Positions 36,141 to 44,453 of a DNA stretch of 64,000 nucleotides are shown here, piece after piece. Positions within the stretch are counted from its first letter, which is position 1, and each line of letters opens with the position of its first letter. Under the pieces are notes generated by a model. It was not told the DNA's origin. It did not search any database and saw only the letters and a list, made by a program, of their open reading frames with translations. The stretch lies in sequence record OZ240615.1, one strand, 5' to 3'. A program made the translations under genes and the position numbers.

Positions 36141-36590
36141 TTAATTAGCAGGCGGTGGGTTGTTTTTCAGCCGATTTGCTTCCATTACCGGTAAATTAGC
36201 CTCAGTTGGGACGTAGATAACCTGATTCTTGGTTTGCTGTAAACTGTCTACCCAAAGGTAACGTAGATACGCTTCGTTATTCTTCAGGCTGTCACCGATG
36301 ATCTTGTTGGCCCGTGCTACGCCGCCAGCACGAATGACTTCTGCTTCGGCTAAGCTTTTAGCTGACTCTTTCTTAGCCTCCGCCTCCTGCACAGCTATTT
36401 GGCGGTCTTGAGTGGCCTTCATCAGCGCGGCCTTACCTGCCATACCCTGCTGCCATACGTTGTAATACGGGCAGCCTGCCATGAGTAGTACAATAAAAGC
36501 CGCAACTCCGATTGCTACCCATTTACCTACTTTCTTCAACAATGCTTTCAGTGTCTCATTGTCGGTGTCGGTGTTATTGTAATAGCGCAT
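36141..36590 (-). CDS. Membrane-anchored coiled-coil protein (resembles the SPFH/band-7 C-terminus)
   Basis: TM segment plus AEAEVIRAGGVARANKIIGDSL..YLRYLWV..IYVPTEANLP, a common phage family. Confidence 0.75.
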   Translation of the reverse strand: MRYYNNTDTDNETLKALLKKVGKWVAIGVAAFIVLLMAGCPYYNVWQQGMAGKAALMKATQDRQIAVQEAEAKKESAKSLAEAEVIRAGGVARANKIIGDSLKNNEAYLRYLWVDSLQQTKNQVIYVPTEANLPVMEANRLKNNPPPAN

Positions 36591-36841
36591 TATTTTTCCT
36601 GTTTAGTTAAGGTTAGTGGTTCACGCGCCATAACTTCATTGACGGTTACTGTTAGACCGGACTGCGCAAGGATTGCAACCACCTCTTCGGCGCGTTCCGT
36701 GGATACGTCAGGTTCGCCGGCTATTTGATTGAGTGTTGTCTCAATGCAGTATTTATTCAGTAATTCTGAAATAAGTTTACCGATGGAGCTTTTACCCGAT
36801 CGTGCCGGGCCGATTATATTGATCGTAATTTCGTTTTTCAT
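36590..36841 (-). CDS. Small protein with a P-loop-like motif
   Basis: GPARSGKS in 83 aa; too short for a complete NTPase. Confidence 0.65.
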   Translation of the reverse strand: MKNEITINIIGPARSGKSSIGKLISELLNKYCIETTLNQIAGEPDVSTERAEEVVAILAQSGLTVTVNEVMAREPLTLTKQEK

Positions 36842-36868
36842 TTTGTTTTCCTGTTAGGTTAAACTAAA

Positions 36869-37558
36869 TCATTTATTGGTTTTGGTGATATACCATTTCC
36901 AAAGGCCGTAGAACGCGTTCATCAAGAACACCGCCCATTGCGCAACCTGCGCCCATGAACCCGGCTGATCGAGTGCTGGAATCACCCAAAGGTAGATCGT
37001 GACGCAATTGATGATAATCCAGAGGATCCATTGCTCTGGCTGTTGTTTGATCATCATCCACATGGCGATGAGGGATGCGACTAAACAGAACGCATCCAAC
37101 GCAGGGAACGGATCTTGCGTTGTTTTGAGGTATTCAGTCAATCCGTACCAGAAGACAACCCCGACGACGAAATAGAGAATCACATCGCGTAACGTAATTC
37201 TTTTTACGGCAACGTCCGCTTTCGCTGGCGTTTTACCCAGATCTTTCGTCCAGTAATAAATACCGATGAATTGCATGGGTAGATAAATAACGTTTAGCGC
37301 TGCGTTCGCGTAGAGGCCGGTATTGTACGAAACGATACCGTACGTGATTACACCAACGGTTCCCCAGTAGTAATTGGAGACACGACCTTTCGCTACCAGA
37401 ATAACGCAGATCACGTTAGTCAGCGCCGCCGTAAATTCAAGTGGGCTGGCGCTCCAACTACCAGCGCCCACTAAGATCAACGCAATGATCAGCCAAAGGT
37501 ATTCGACTTTCTTCCAGTGCGCAAAGTCAGTGAACGTTTTCATTACAAGTGAGTTCAT
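36869..37558 (-). CDS. pnuC: PnuC nicotinamide riboside transporter
   Basis: EFTAALTNVICVILVAKGRVSNYYWG, Y.PMQFIGIYYW, PALDAF, QWILWIIIN; multi-TM. Confidence 0.92.
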   Translation of the reverse strand: MNSLVMKTFTDFAHWKKVEYLWLIIALILVGAGSWSASPLEFTAALTNVICVILVAKGRVSNYYWGTVGVITYGIVSYNTGLYANAALNVIYLPMQFIGIYYWTKDLGKTPAKADVAVKRITLRDVILYFVVGVVFWYGLTEYLKTTQDPFPALDAFCLVASLIAMWMMIKQQPEQWILWIIINCVTIYLWVIPALDQPGSWAQVAQWAVFLMNAFYGLWKWYITKTNK

Positions 37559-37561
37559 TGG

Positions 37562-38035
37562 TTATTCCTCGAGGTTAATGCGGCGAAGGATGTAAGGACG
37601 GATGTCTTGATTTCCTGTACGGAATTTATCAACGATGATACTGATGCCGTCTGCGCCCTCATAAACGAAAACAGACATATCGGCTTCGTTGTCGATACGC
37701 AGCGACGTATGATATCTGCTGAAATAATCATCGGGATTATCAGGGAAGCGATTCTTGTTCATCGGTTGCTGATAAAACATGATAATTCCACCAACCTCGG
37801 CGACTTCCCGAGTTTCTCGCAGCAATGTTAAGACCTCGTACTCATTCTCACCGGTTGTACGGTTAGGTGGGATATAGACGTCCTGAGGCGTTTCCCCTTC
37901 CATGCAGAATAATCCAGCGATCTTTTGTGCAACGTCAACTTGGTTGGTTTCACTGATCGTTTTGATGATCACCAACCCGCCCTTTTGGAAAAGTCCAGTT
38001 TGACGGAAAATAGCGTTAAGTTCAGAGATTTTCAT
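37562..38035 (-). CDS. Hypothetical protein between nadR and pnuC
   Basis: 157 aa ORF, ATGA overlap with nadR. Confidence 0.75.
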   Translation of the reverse strand: MKISELNAIFRQTGLFQKGGLVIIKTISETNQVDVAQKIAGLFCMEGETPQDVYIPPNRTTGENEYEVLTLLRETREVAEVGGIIMFYQQPMNKNRFPDNPDDYFSRYHTSLRIDNEADMSVFVYEGADGISIIVDKFRTGNQDIRPYILRRINLEE

Positions 38036-39231
38036 TGATCACCCCAATTTAAGCCATTGTCAATACTTTCAACCATTGACCAATCGCTATCAAATTCACC
38101 GCCGCTTGCAGCAGGTGGGAATTTCCCCGGCTCTTCTGAAATATTCCAATCAATGCGAGTATTTCCGGATAACATGTTGTCGATCGCTACCCGGGCTTGA
38201 TCCAGGCGTTCTTTGTACGAGTCACCTGTAATATAGATCGTCCGACCCCGAGGAGTTTGGTTTTTAAACTCCAGGAGCATTTGTTGGAATAACCCGTCAG
38301 TTTTCTCTCGATCCGGATTTAAGCGCAAGCCGTCATCGACCCACGGGACTTCAGGTGACAGTATCAGAACAAGGTCGTAATGTTCTTCGGCTGCGATGGC
38401 GGAGACGATAGAGTTAGGCTTACCTTCGTACAGACGATGGTAATACTCCGTGACGAACGCGTTGGTATCGACGAAACAAAGTCGATTAGAGGTTCGTAAC
38501 GCTTCCTCCTCCAACTCTTTGTGGCGGTACGCGATCAATGGGTAGTCAGAACTACGCAGCGTTAACTCAGAGCCCGCTAAGACGGTTTCACAGTACGTAC
38601 GACCGTACTCTTCTACCCAGCTGGTATTATAGAGTTTAGCCAAGTTCTTGACGAGACTACTTTTTCCCGCGCTCTCGACACCCATGACGACAACCCGCAG
38701 GCAATAGTCCTTACGGACAATACTGGGGAGATATTCCCAGTTGGCGTAAAGGTTATCACGTACTTTAGTTGCCGAGATAGGAACACGAGTACGTTCACTG
38801 TCAACGATGACGTGCTCAACAAAACCGAGGTGAGTTTTGTATTTCTCATCGTAATCCAGTTCGCTACTGAAGATTGCGATAGATTGAGCTTGGCTGTGTT
38901 TAGCAGCCAGTTTCCCTGCCTCGCTGAAAATCTTTGCCCCTAATAAAGCGGCGTATTCCTGCCAGCCGTTAGGATATTCCGGCACCGAAGCTTCGTCGAT
39001 GAAATCGATTGTGACGTGCTCGGTATCGGCGTAGGTTTGCTGTAGCCAGCGCAAACGGTTTTTGAAGTTCAGTACCTGCTGATCGCGCGGGGATTGTTTA
39101 TCCAACCAACGTTGGTCGTGAGATAATACCACGAGGACGTGTTTCGATTGGACAGCAGCTTCTGTAATTAGGTTGATGTGCCCCAAAGTCAGGGGTGCAA
39201 ACTTACCGATGACGACGCCTAAATCAAACAT
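38032..39231 (-). CDS. nadR: NadR-like bifunctional NMN adenylyltransferase / nicotinamide riboside kinase (no HTH)
   Basis: GKFAPLTLGH (HxGH-like), ISATKVR, GVESAGKS P-loop, EEYGRTY, FVDTNAF, PWVDDGLR. Confidence 0.92.
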   Translation of the reverse strand: MFDLGVVIGKFAPLTLGHINLITEAAVQSKHVLVVLSHDQRWLDKQSPRDQQVLNFKNRLRWLQQTYADTEHVTIDFIDEASVPEYPNGWQEYAALLGAKIFSEAGKLAAKHSQAQSIAIFSSELDYDEKYKTHLGFVEHVIVDSERTRVPISATKVRDNLYANWEYLPSIVRKDYCLRVVVMGVESAGKSSLVKNLAKLYNTSWVEEYGRTYCETVLAGSELTLRSSDYPLIAYRHKELEEEALRTSNRLCFVDTNAFVTEYYHRLYEGKPNSIVSAIAAEEHYDLVLILSPEVPWVDDGLRLNPDREKTDGLFQQMLLEFKNQTPRGRTIYITGDSYKERLDQARVAIDNMLSGNTRIDWNISEEPGKFPPAASGGEFDSDWSMVESIDNGLNWGDQ

Positions 39232-39250
39232 TGACTTTCACCTCTTAAAT

Positions 39251-39562
39251 TCAAGCGAAATGATGATACAAACGATGTAAGTGGTAACCTTTGTAGTTCA
39301 TCGCGGTGAAGCCTTGTTCGTTCTTTACCACGATTTTGGCTGCGTAATCCTCCATCAAAAGGAAATCGCGCCCTGACTTAGAAAGAATATCGCCATCATA
39401 AACCGGGCCATCAACAATCAATTGGTTCATGGTACCGATAACATGCCCGACATCTTTGCGTTCGAGTAACATCGTCACGGTTTTCTCTAACTCAGCCGCG
39501 TACGCCAGATCGCTTTCTTCTTCGTTATCAAGATTGCAGATTTCGATAATGGTGTTCAACAT
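39251..39562 (-). CDS. Conserved hypothetical phage protein
   Basis: GPVYDGDILSKSGRD..EQGFTAMNYKG motif. Confidence 0.8.
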   Translation of the reverse strand: MLNTIIEICNLDNEEESDLAYAAELEKTVTMLLERKDVGHVIGTMNQLIVDGPVYDGDILSKSGRDFLLMEDYAAKIVVKNEQGFTAMNYKGYHLHRLYHHFA

Positions 39563-39574
39563 TTTCTTTTCCTC

Positions 39575-39970
39575 TTATTCTTCAGTCCAGGGATGAATTT
39601 CCCAGTTACGTACTTTATACTTACGATTCTCAAATTGTCGGCTACGAATGTAAACATCGACCTTGAGGCTGGTTGCGGTTGGCACTAAAAATATAACGAG
39701 ATGCGCGGGTTCATTTTGATAAACTTCCGCAATTGAAACAAACGCAGAGAAAGGGAGCGATTGCTTTTCTGCACGCCGGAAGTTATCGTACAGTAGTCGC
39801 ACTGCGCGGCGAGCGAACAGTTGATCATGGTACCAGCTATGCCGAATACTTTTCCTTCCTGCCTTTAATTTCAAAAAGAACAGGCGTTTTTCCGCCCAAG
39901 GTAAAAGATAACCTACCCCCGTGAGTGCACCTGACCAGAACACCCACGATAGCGTTTTAAATAAGCCCAT
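39575..39970 (-). CDS. Hypothetical protein with N-terminal hydrophobic segment
   Basis: 131 aa ORF. Confidence 0.75.
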   Translation of the reverse strand: MGLFKTLSWVFWSGALTGVGYLLPWAEKRLFFLKLKAGRKSIRHSWYHDQLFARRAVRLLYDNFRRAEKQSLPFSAFVSIAEVYQNEPAHLVIFLVPTATSLKVDVYIRSRQFENRKYKVRNWEIHPWTEE

Positions 39971-39978
39971 AATTCTCC

Positions 39979-40212
39979 TTAATTAACGGGCGGTTTCTTG
40001 AAAGGATTATAGATATTCAGATACCAGATTAACCCCACGAAGATACCGATACAGATAAAAGGCCATGCGATACCAATCGTCAGCACCTTCCACATTTTCA
40101 TCCGTAAAACTACCCGACGATATTTTGGATTAACAATAGGTTTCCAAACGATCATCAGGAAAACCGCCAACCAAATAGCGCCGCCAGAAAAAGCGAGTAT
40201 TGCGAGGTCCAT
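39979..40212 (-). CDS. Small two-TM membrane protein
   Basis: 77 aa, two hydrophobic helices. Confidence 0.75.
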   Translation of the reverse strand: MDLAILAFSGGAIWLAVFLMIVWKPIVNPKYRRVVLRMKMWKVLTIGIAWPFICIGIFVGLIWYLNIYNPFKKPPVN

Positions 40213-40221
40213 TTTCTCCTC

Positions 40222-40782
40222 CTAAAATGTATTGTTATTTGACGTCCAGTTTTTGTCTTCTGGGAATTCAACGCCAGCAAAAACTTCACTAACTAATGCT
40301 GGGATTATTTTAATTAAATCTTCCTCGATGTTCTCCCAATGCGCGCAATGGAGAGCATGAAGTTTACGGTATGCTACGCCGCCAGAATTTGTCATGGTGA
40401 TATTTAGTGTTCTGACGAGGTCCCTGATAGGGCAAATATCGAACCATCCGTTCTTCGCCATTCTGTCGAATTCGATAATCTCTTTGTGAGCCACACTCCT
40501 TTTAAAACTATCGTCACCAGGGTTGGGCCAAGAAATGGCGCGGGTAATGGGGTGAAGATCATTAAATGGGTCAATCGTCTTGAGGAAGAGTTCTCGGGTT
40601 TTATTATCTTCCGGCAGAACTCTTTGGACGACAGTGGGTATTTGCTCTGGGACAGCGGGTAAGGCAACCGGACTAACCTGTTCCTTTTGTTCGATAACTG
40701 GGCTCTGCGCTACCGGAGGGGAAAGAAGAATCTCTTTATCTTTCCCCGTAGCGATAACTATACCGAAAATTTTAATTAGCAC
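40222..40782 (-). CDS. Conserved hypothetical phage protein
   Basis: FDICPI..YRKLHALHCAHW..IP motif. Confidence 0.8.
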   Translation of the reverse strand: MLIKIFGIVIATGKDKEILLSPPVAQSPVIEQKEQVSPVALPAVPEQIPTVVQRVLPEDNKTRELFLKTIDPFNDLHPITRAISWPNPGDDSFKRSVAHKEIIEFDRMAKNGWFDICPIRDLVRTLNITMTNSGGVAYRKLHALHCAHWENIEEDLIKIIPALVSEVFAGVEFPEDKNWTSNNNTF

Positions 40783-41043
40783 TTATAACCCCTTTACTGA
40801 GAATTGCTTTAAACCGTGACGATAATGAACCCGATTCTTAAGTCTGCCGCCCAAATCAACACATCGACGAAAACGTGCGTTTAACAACGCCCTTCCGCAA
40901 CGCCTCCCGCCAAAAAAATGAATTCCAGAATCGATCCCGTCAATATACTGTTTACCGATTTTAATCAGAAACAAATGGTTTTTAGTAATCGAACTTTGTT
41001 TCAGTAAAGACCTTTGCTGTTTTAAACATTTCTTCAATGCCAT
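40783..41043 (-). CDS. Basic hypothetical protein (start MALKKCL)
   Basis: GAGGGA RBS before ATG at 41043. Confidence 0.6.
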   Translation of the reverse strand: MALKKCLKQQRSLLKQSSITKNHLFLIKIGKQYIDGIDSGIHFFGGRRCGRALLNARFRRCVDLGGRLKNRVHYRHGLKQFSVKGL

Positions 41044-41053
41044 ATTTCCCTCC

Positions 41054-41179
41054 TTATTCCAAGGAATTATAGAGCTTCTTACAGATTGCAAAGAATACCC
41101 TGAGAATAGCGCCGGAGATATACCACGCGCCGCCGTAACAAACAATGACAAAAATAAGAATTTTCCATTCAACGGGCAT
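41054..41179 (-). CDS. 41-aa single-TM protein (MPVEWKILIF...)
   Basis: GGAGGT RBS; follows the terminator. Confidence 0.7.
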   Translation of the reverse strand: MPVEWKILIFVIVCYGGAWYISGAILRVFFAICKKLYNSLE

Positions 41180-41212
41180 ATTACACCTCCGGTATTTAAG
41201 AAATAAAATAAA

Positions 41213-41240
41213 GAGAGGGAGGGAAAATTCCCTCCCTCTC
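41213..41240 (-). terminator. Intrinsic terminator
   Basis: gagagggagggaa-aa-ttccctccctctc plus T-tract. Confidence 0.85.
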
Positions 41241-41243
41241 CGG

Positions 41244-41879
41244 TCAGTATAAGTTTTCTGAGTACAACTCGTCGTTAATGATAACAACATCGGGGCGCGT
41301 TGCATTAATCTGCCCGGCGTGTTTCGCGATGATAAAGGCGTCTTCACGATTCCAATAACGATCCCACTGGTCAATAAAACCTTGTCCTTCACCGTGCGGG
41401 AATTTAATCTCCGGTTCACCTGCTAGTTTCCGCAAACGCTTTATTTCGTCACCGATAAGGTGTTGAAGATTACTACCGTGGCGAGCGGAAGGGATAACGA
41501 GTTTTTCAACAGGCTTCATTCCACGGCCTTCCTGTAGAATGTCTCGTGTGCTCACCTCGCCCCAGACATTAGCGGCAGAGACAATCCGAACCTGAACAAA
41601 AACCCCGGGAGAAGGTTCGTGGACGCAGATCGCAGGAAGAGCGTTTTTCTCTTCTTCCGACAGTACCTCGCTCTCTGTGTAACCTCTCTCTTTACGGAAA
41701 TGAGATTCCGCAGTCTGCACTGAAGCTAGAATATCCCTTGCGAACGCTCGCGCTTCTTCGATAGTATAATCCCGACCATTCAGAAGTCCGCCGACATTAA
41801 TGACTTTGTCCTCTTCAGTATCGTAATCGCGTACCGTTACCGAAGAGTAATCTCCCCGGTGAGAAAGGTGAATAGTCAT
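41244..41879 (-). CDS. Conserved hypothetical phage protein (two-domain)
   Basis: C-terminal SARH..QGFIDQ..YWNREDAFIIA..GQI..LYSENLY motif. Confidence 0.8.
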   Translation of the reverse strand: MTIHLSHRGDYSSVTVRDYDTEEDKVINVGGLLNGRDYTIEEARAFARDILASVQTAESHFRKERGYTESEVLSEEEKNALPAICVHEPSPGVFVQVRIVSAANVWGEVSTRDILQEGRGMKPVEKLVIPSARHGSNLQHLIGDEIKRLRKLAGEPEIKFPHGEGQGFIDQWDRYWNREDAFIIAKHAGQINATRPDVVIINDELYSENLY

Positions 41880-42169
41880 TTTTTATTTACCTCGCGGGTC
41901 AGTTGCCGAAAACTGAGTCGTTGCCCCAGTTTGATCGTACGGATGGGGAGTTCGATCGAACCGCAGGCGTTAGCCACAATCGTTCCCGTTGGTGTCCCTA
42001 CGACCGCGGTGAACTCATCGGGTTCTTTTTCGATTAAGTTAGCTGCAGCCAAAAAGAGTGCGTCATTGCTCGCTATCAGGCGCAATTCAGACTCATTAAT
42101 GATATCGCCGATATACGGATATTTTGTGTCCTCAATCGGCTGAGTTTTGCTGACCTTTTTAGCGATCAT
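41876..42169 (-). CDS. Hypothetical protein
   Basis: 97 aa, 4-nt overlaps at both ends. Confidence 0.7.
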   Translation of the reverse strand: MIAKKVSKTQPIEDTKYPYIGDIINESELRLIASNDALFLAAANLIEKEPDEFTAVVGTPTGTIVANACGSIELPIRTIKLGQRLSFRQLTREVNKK

Positions 42170-42600
42170 TCTTTACCTCCGTCAATGACAGAGAACGGAT
42201 TGGCTTTTTTCATCGGGGTAACGTTGTCCGTCGAAGTTACTGGATCAACTTCCTCTTTCCCTGTGATCACAGGGTACGGCAGCGGTAAATTCTGGTCGCT
42301 GGTATCCGGGTTGAGGACAACGCGTACTTTATCCCATGAAAAAGTGTCGCTGGCGAGTCGACCGCCGAATCGACCCTCGAAAAATAACCCGTCATCAAAA
42401 GATTGTAGCTGGCAGGAATGCGGAGAAATGTTGAGTACTAAATACTCGTATCCCTCGACGTCGGGTGTGGGTTTAATAAAGCTCCGTAAAATGGGGTTAG
42501 TACTGATACATTTACCATTAAGGGCAATAAAAATTCGGTTCCCTTGATCACAGTGCCATTTATAAGCTGCGTCGAAAAGTGCTTTGTTCAGTGAGGACAT
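42166..42600 (-). CDS. SspB-like (ClpXP adaptor) protein
   Basis: LFDAAYKWHCD, LVLNISP, LFFEGRFGG, flexible tail ending FSVIDGGKE; resembles SspB LLRAFYEWLLD, IVLNIAP, VRFNARFGG. Confidence 0.7.
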   Translation of the reverse strand: MSSLNKALFDAAYKWHCDQGNRIFIALNGKCISTNPILRSFIKPTPDVEGYEYLVLNISPHSCQLQSFDDGLFFEGRFGGRLASDTFSWDKVRVVLNPDTSDQNLPLPYPVITGKEEVDPVTSTDNVTPMKKANPFSVIDGGKE

Positions 42601-42624
42601 TTGATTCTCCTTGGATTGGTTTCA

Positions 42625-43140
42625 TTAGGGTGATATAGTCTTCAAAATGCTTCGAGTCTCTTCCCAGAATTGGACTAACCATTCCCCACTCTTAGGCGTC
42701 ACTACTTTGACGTTGTCTTCCCAAACCCTCGCGCCCTTCTCCATTCGCCAGTCCCCAAAAACGTAGTAATGTGTAAAGGGTAATTCTGACGCAATAAGCG
42801 CGTTGTATTGGTGGCGGTAAGCGTTGAGTTTTGCGAGATTGGCAGATTTAATAATCGAGAGAAAATCTGGGTGCTGAATAATCTCTAATTTCTTACCGAA
42901 CGCTTTGGCTTCATTCCCCCACAATCCGCGAAGGTATTGATGTTTGAAGCCTGTTTTCGCGTAGTACCAAAACCCCTCCATACTTTCAAAGTTTCCGTAT
43001 TCGGGATGCTCAAATGGCGTGCGAGGAAAATGCGAAAGAAAGAAGCCCAGTCGGTTCTTTGACTTGGAATAAATGTTGATGTGGTCGATGCCATCATTGT
43101 TTGGGTCGAAAGTCATCAGGTGCCACCTTATTGTACGCAT
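42625..43140 (-). CDS. NADAR/YbiA-like protein
   Basis: LSHFPRTPF..GNFESMEGFWYYAK, EAKAFGKKL, IKSANLAKL resemble NADAR LSNF..F..Y.SVEHYY.A.K, EAK.LGR, M...L.AKF. Confidence 0.55.
   Translation of the reverse strand: MRTIRWHLMTFDPNNDGIDHINIYSKSKNRLGFFLSHFPRTPFEHPEYGNFESMEGFWYYAKTGFKHQYLRGLWGNEAKAFGKKLEIIQHPDFLSIIKSANLAKLNAYRHQYNALIASELPFTHYYVFGDWRMEKGARVWEDNVKVVTPKSGEWLVQFWEETRSILKTISP
42630..42645 (-). promoter_or_regulatory. Putative early promoter motif driving the SspB-like gene
   Basis: Minus strand TTGAAGACTATATCAC inside the 3' end of the upstream ORF. Confidence 0.7.
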
Positions 43141-43372
43141 AAGTTTTACGGAGGATATACTTTCTCATCGGTCCCCAATAATTATTTTCGATGCGATAGA
43201 TTAAGTGTAATTGTTTGATGTTATAATCGAACCACCTCTCCGCTGTATCAAGAAATAAAAGAATAGGAGACATTAATTTACGCGCTTTAATAATTTTTCT
43301 TTTACTTGTCCACGTGACTTTAACCAAGACCTGGCTCAATAATGCATTCAAATCACTGTTGTCTATCGCCAT
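43094..43372 (-). CDS. Hypothetical protein
   Basis: 92 aa ORF. Confidence 0.65.
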   Translation of the reverse strand: MAIDNSDLNALLSQVLVKVTWTSKRKIIKARKLMSPILLFLDTAERWFDYNIKQLHLIYRIENNYWGPMRKYILRKTYAYNKVAPDDFRPKQ

Positions 43373-43373
43373 T

Positions 43374-43601
43374 TCAGAACCCCGGGGTTGATATCCAAAA
43401 CCAAACTTCTTCGTAAATACGAAAAAACGTTGGCCACAAGAGTAGAGCTGTTCCCACTACGCATACGAGATTGATCATTTTCTTCTTTAGGGGTAATGGT
43501 CGAAATAAATCAACAATAGAGAACACCACCATAAGAGCAAATATTAACGCGACAAAAAGTAAAATCCACTCTCCAAAAATATTTTGCGGGTAAAGGTTCA
43601 A
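43374..43601 (-). CDS. Small two-TM membrane protein
   Basis: 75 aa hydrophobic. Confidence 0.75.
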   Translation of the reverse strand: MNLYPQNIFGEWILLFVALIFALMVVFSIVDLFRPLPLKKKMINLVCVVGTALLLWPTFFRIYEEVWFWISTPGF

Positions 43602-43611
43602 TTCTCTTTCC

Positions 43612-44019
43612 TTATCGCCAGTAAATGATCAAGTACCCTATTAGCGCTAGCGCTGTAATAATAGAGGCTATGAACCTTTCATTACGCAAAAAACCACCTT
43701 TTGTTTTTACCGCTGAAAAGGGCGGTTTCCCCTCGTTGAGCCGTGTCACGATTGTCTCTACTTCGTGATAGTAGTTCTCATACCGTTCAGAAATTCCTTT
43801 CTCATCGTAGAGTAAGTCATCCATTTTATACCTTAACGGCAGAAAATTACGTGACAGAACATAACCGTCGTTATCTTTTATTATCGCCCACTTCGGTTCA
43901 ATGGAAGAACTGGTACGCGGGAACAGTTTAATATCAGGGTTTCGTTTTGCTGCGACGACATAAAACTTAGGTTCTTTACTCTCCGTTATCTTTATATCCC
44001 CACCAATTATTTCCACCAT
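43612..44019 (-). CDS. Hypothetical protein with C-terminal TM
   Basis: 135 aa. Confidence 0.75.
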   Translation of the reverse strand: MVEIIGGDIKITESKEPKFYVVAAKRNPDIKLFPRTSSSIEPKWAIIKDNDGYVLSRNFLPLRYKMDDLLYDEKGISERYENYYHEVETIVTRLNEGKPPFSAVKTKGGFLRNERFIASIITALALIGYLIIYWR

Positions 44020-44435
44020 ACCGTTATCCCCTGATGAATGAGAAAACCGACAGAAAAAAGAAAGCCTGCTGATAGCATTCCCGCCACGACTTGTAATACC
44101 GGGCTTTGATTGAAAACCGCTTTAGCTTGATTCCATCGAGTGCTACCAAAGTCTATTTCAAAACCACTGATCACCCGATCATTCAGGTCTTTAGCCGCTT
44201 TCTCTGCGCCGGATTTAACGGAATAAATGGTTAATCGGTCTTCGCCAAGTGCGTCCATCATTTTACCATGATCGCCGATATAACAAAGCGGTAACTCATT
44301 GTTTGAGATAGGGATATCGTTGATGTTTACGATAATCCACTTTCCCCGGACTTGAGGATGTTCAATCACCCGAAAGAATTTTCTTTCGATATAATAAAAC
44401 TGAGGGCCCGAAGGCCCTCTTTTATTTTTTGCCAA
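44007..44435 (-). CDS. Hypothetical protein with C-terminal TM
   Basis: 142 aa, TTG start with AAGGAG RBS. Confidence 0.7.
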   Translation of the reverse strand: MAKNKRGPSGPQFYYIERKFFRVIEHPQVRGKWIIVNINDIPISNNELPLCYIGDHGKMMDALGEDRLTIYSVKSGAEKAAKDLNDRVISGFEIDFGSTRWNQAKAVFNQSPVLQVVAGMLSAGFLFSVGFLIHQGITVWWK

Positions 44436-44453
44436 AGGACAATCTCCTTTAGA

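Noticed and set aside
36885-36893. GTATATCAC near the end of pnuC as an early promoter
   Set aside because: Lacks the upstream TTNA[AC] half and the C before TATATCAC; explained by the coding sequence WYIT
37869-37877. CTATATCCC inside 37562..38035 as an early promoter
   Set aside because: Upstream TT missing; mid-gene position; explained by the coding sequence VYIP
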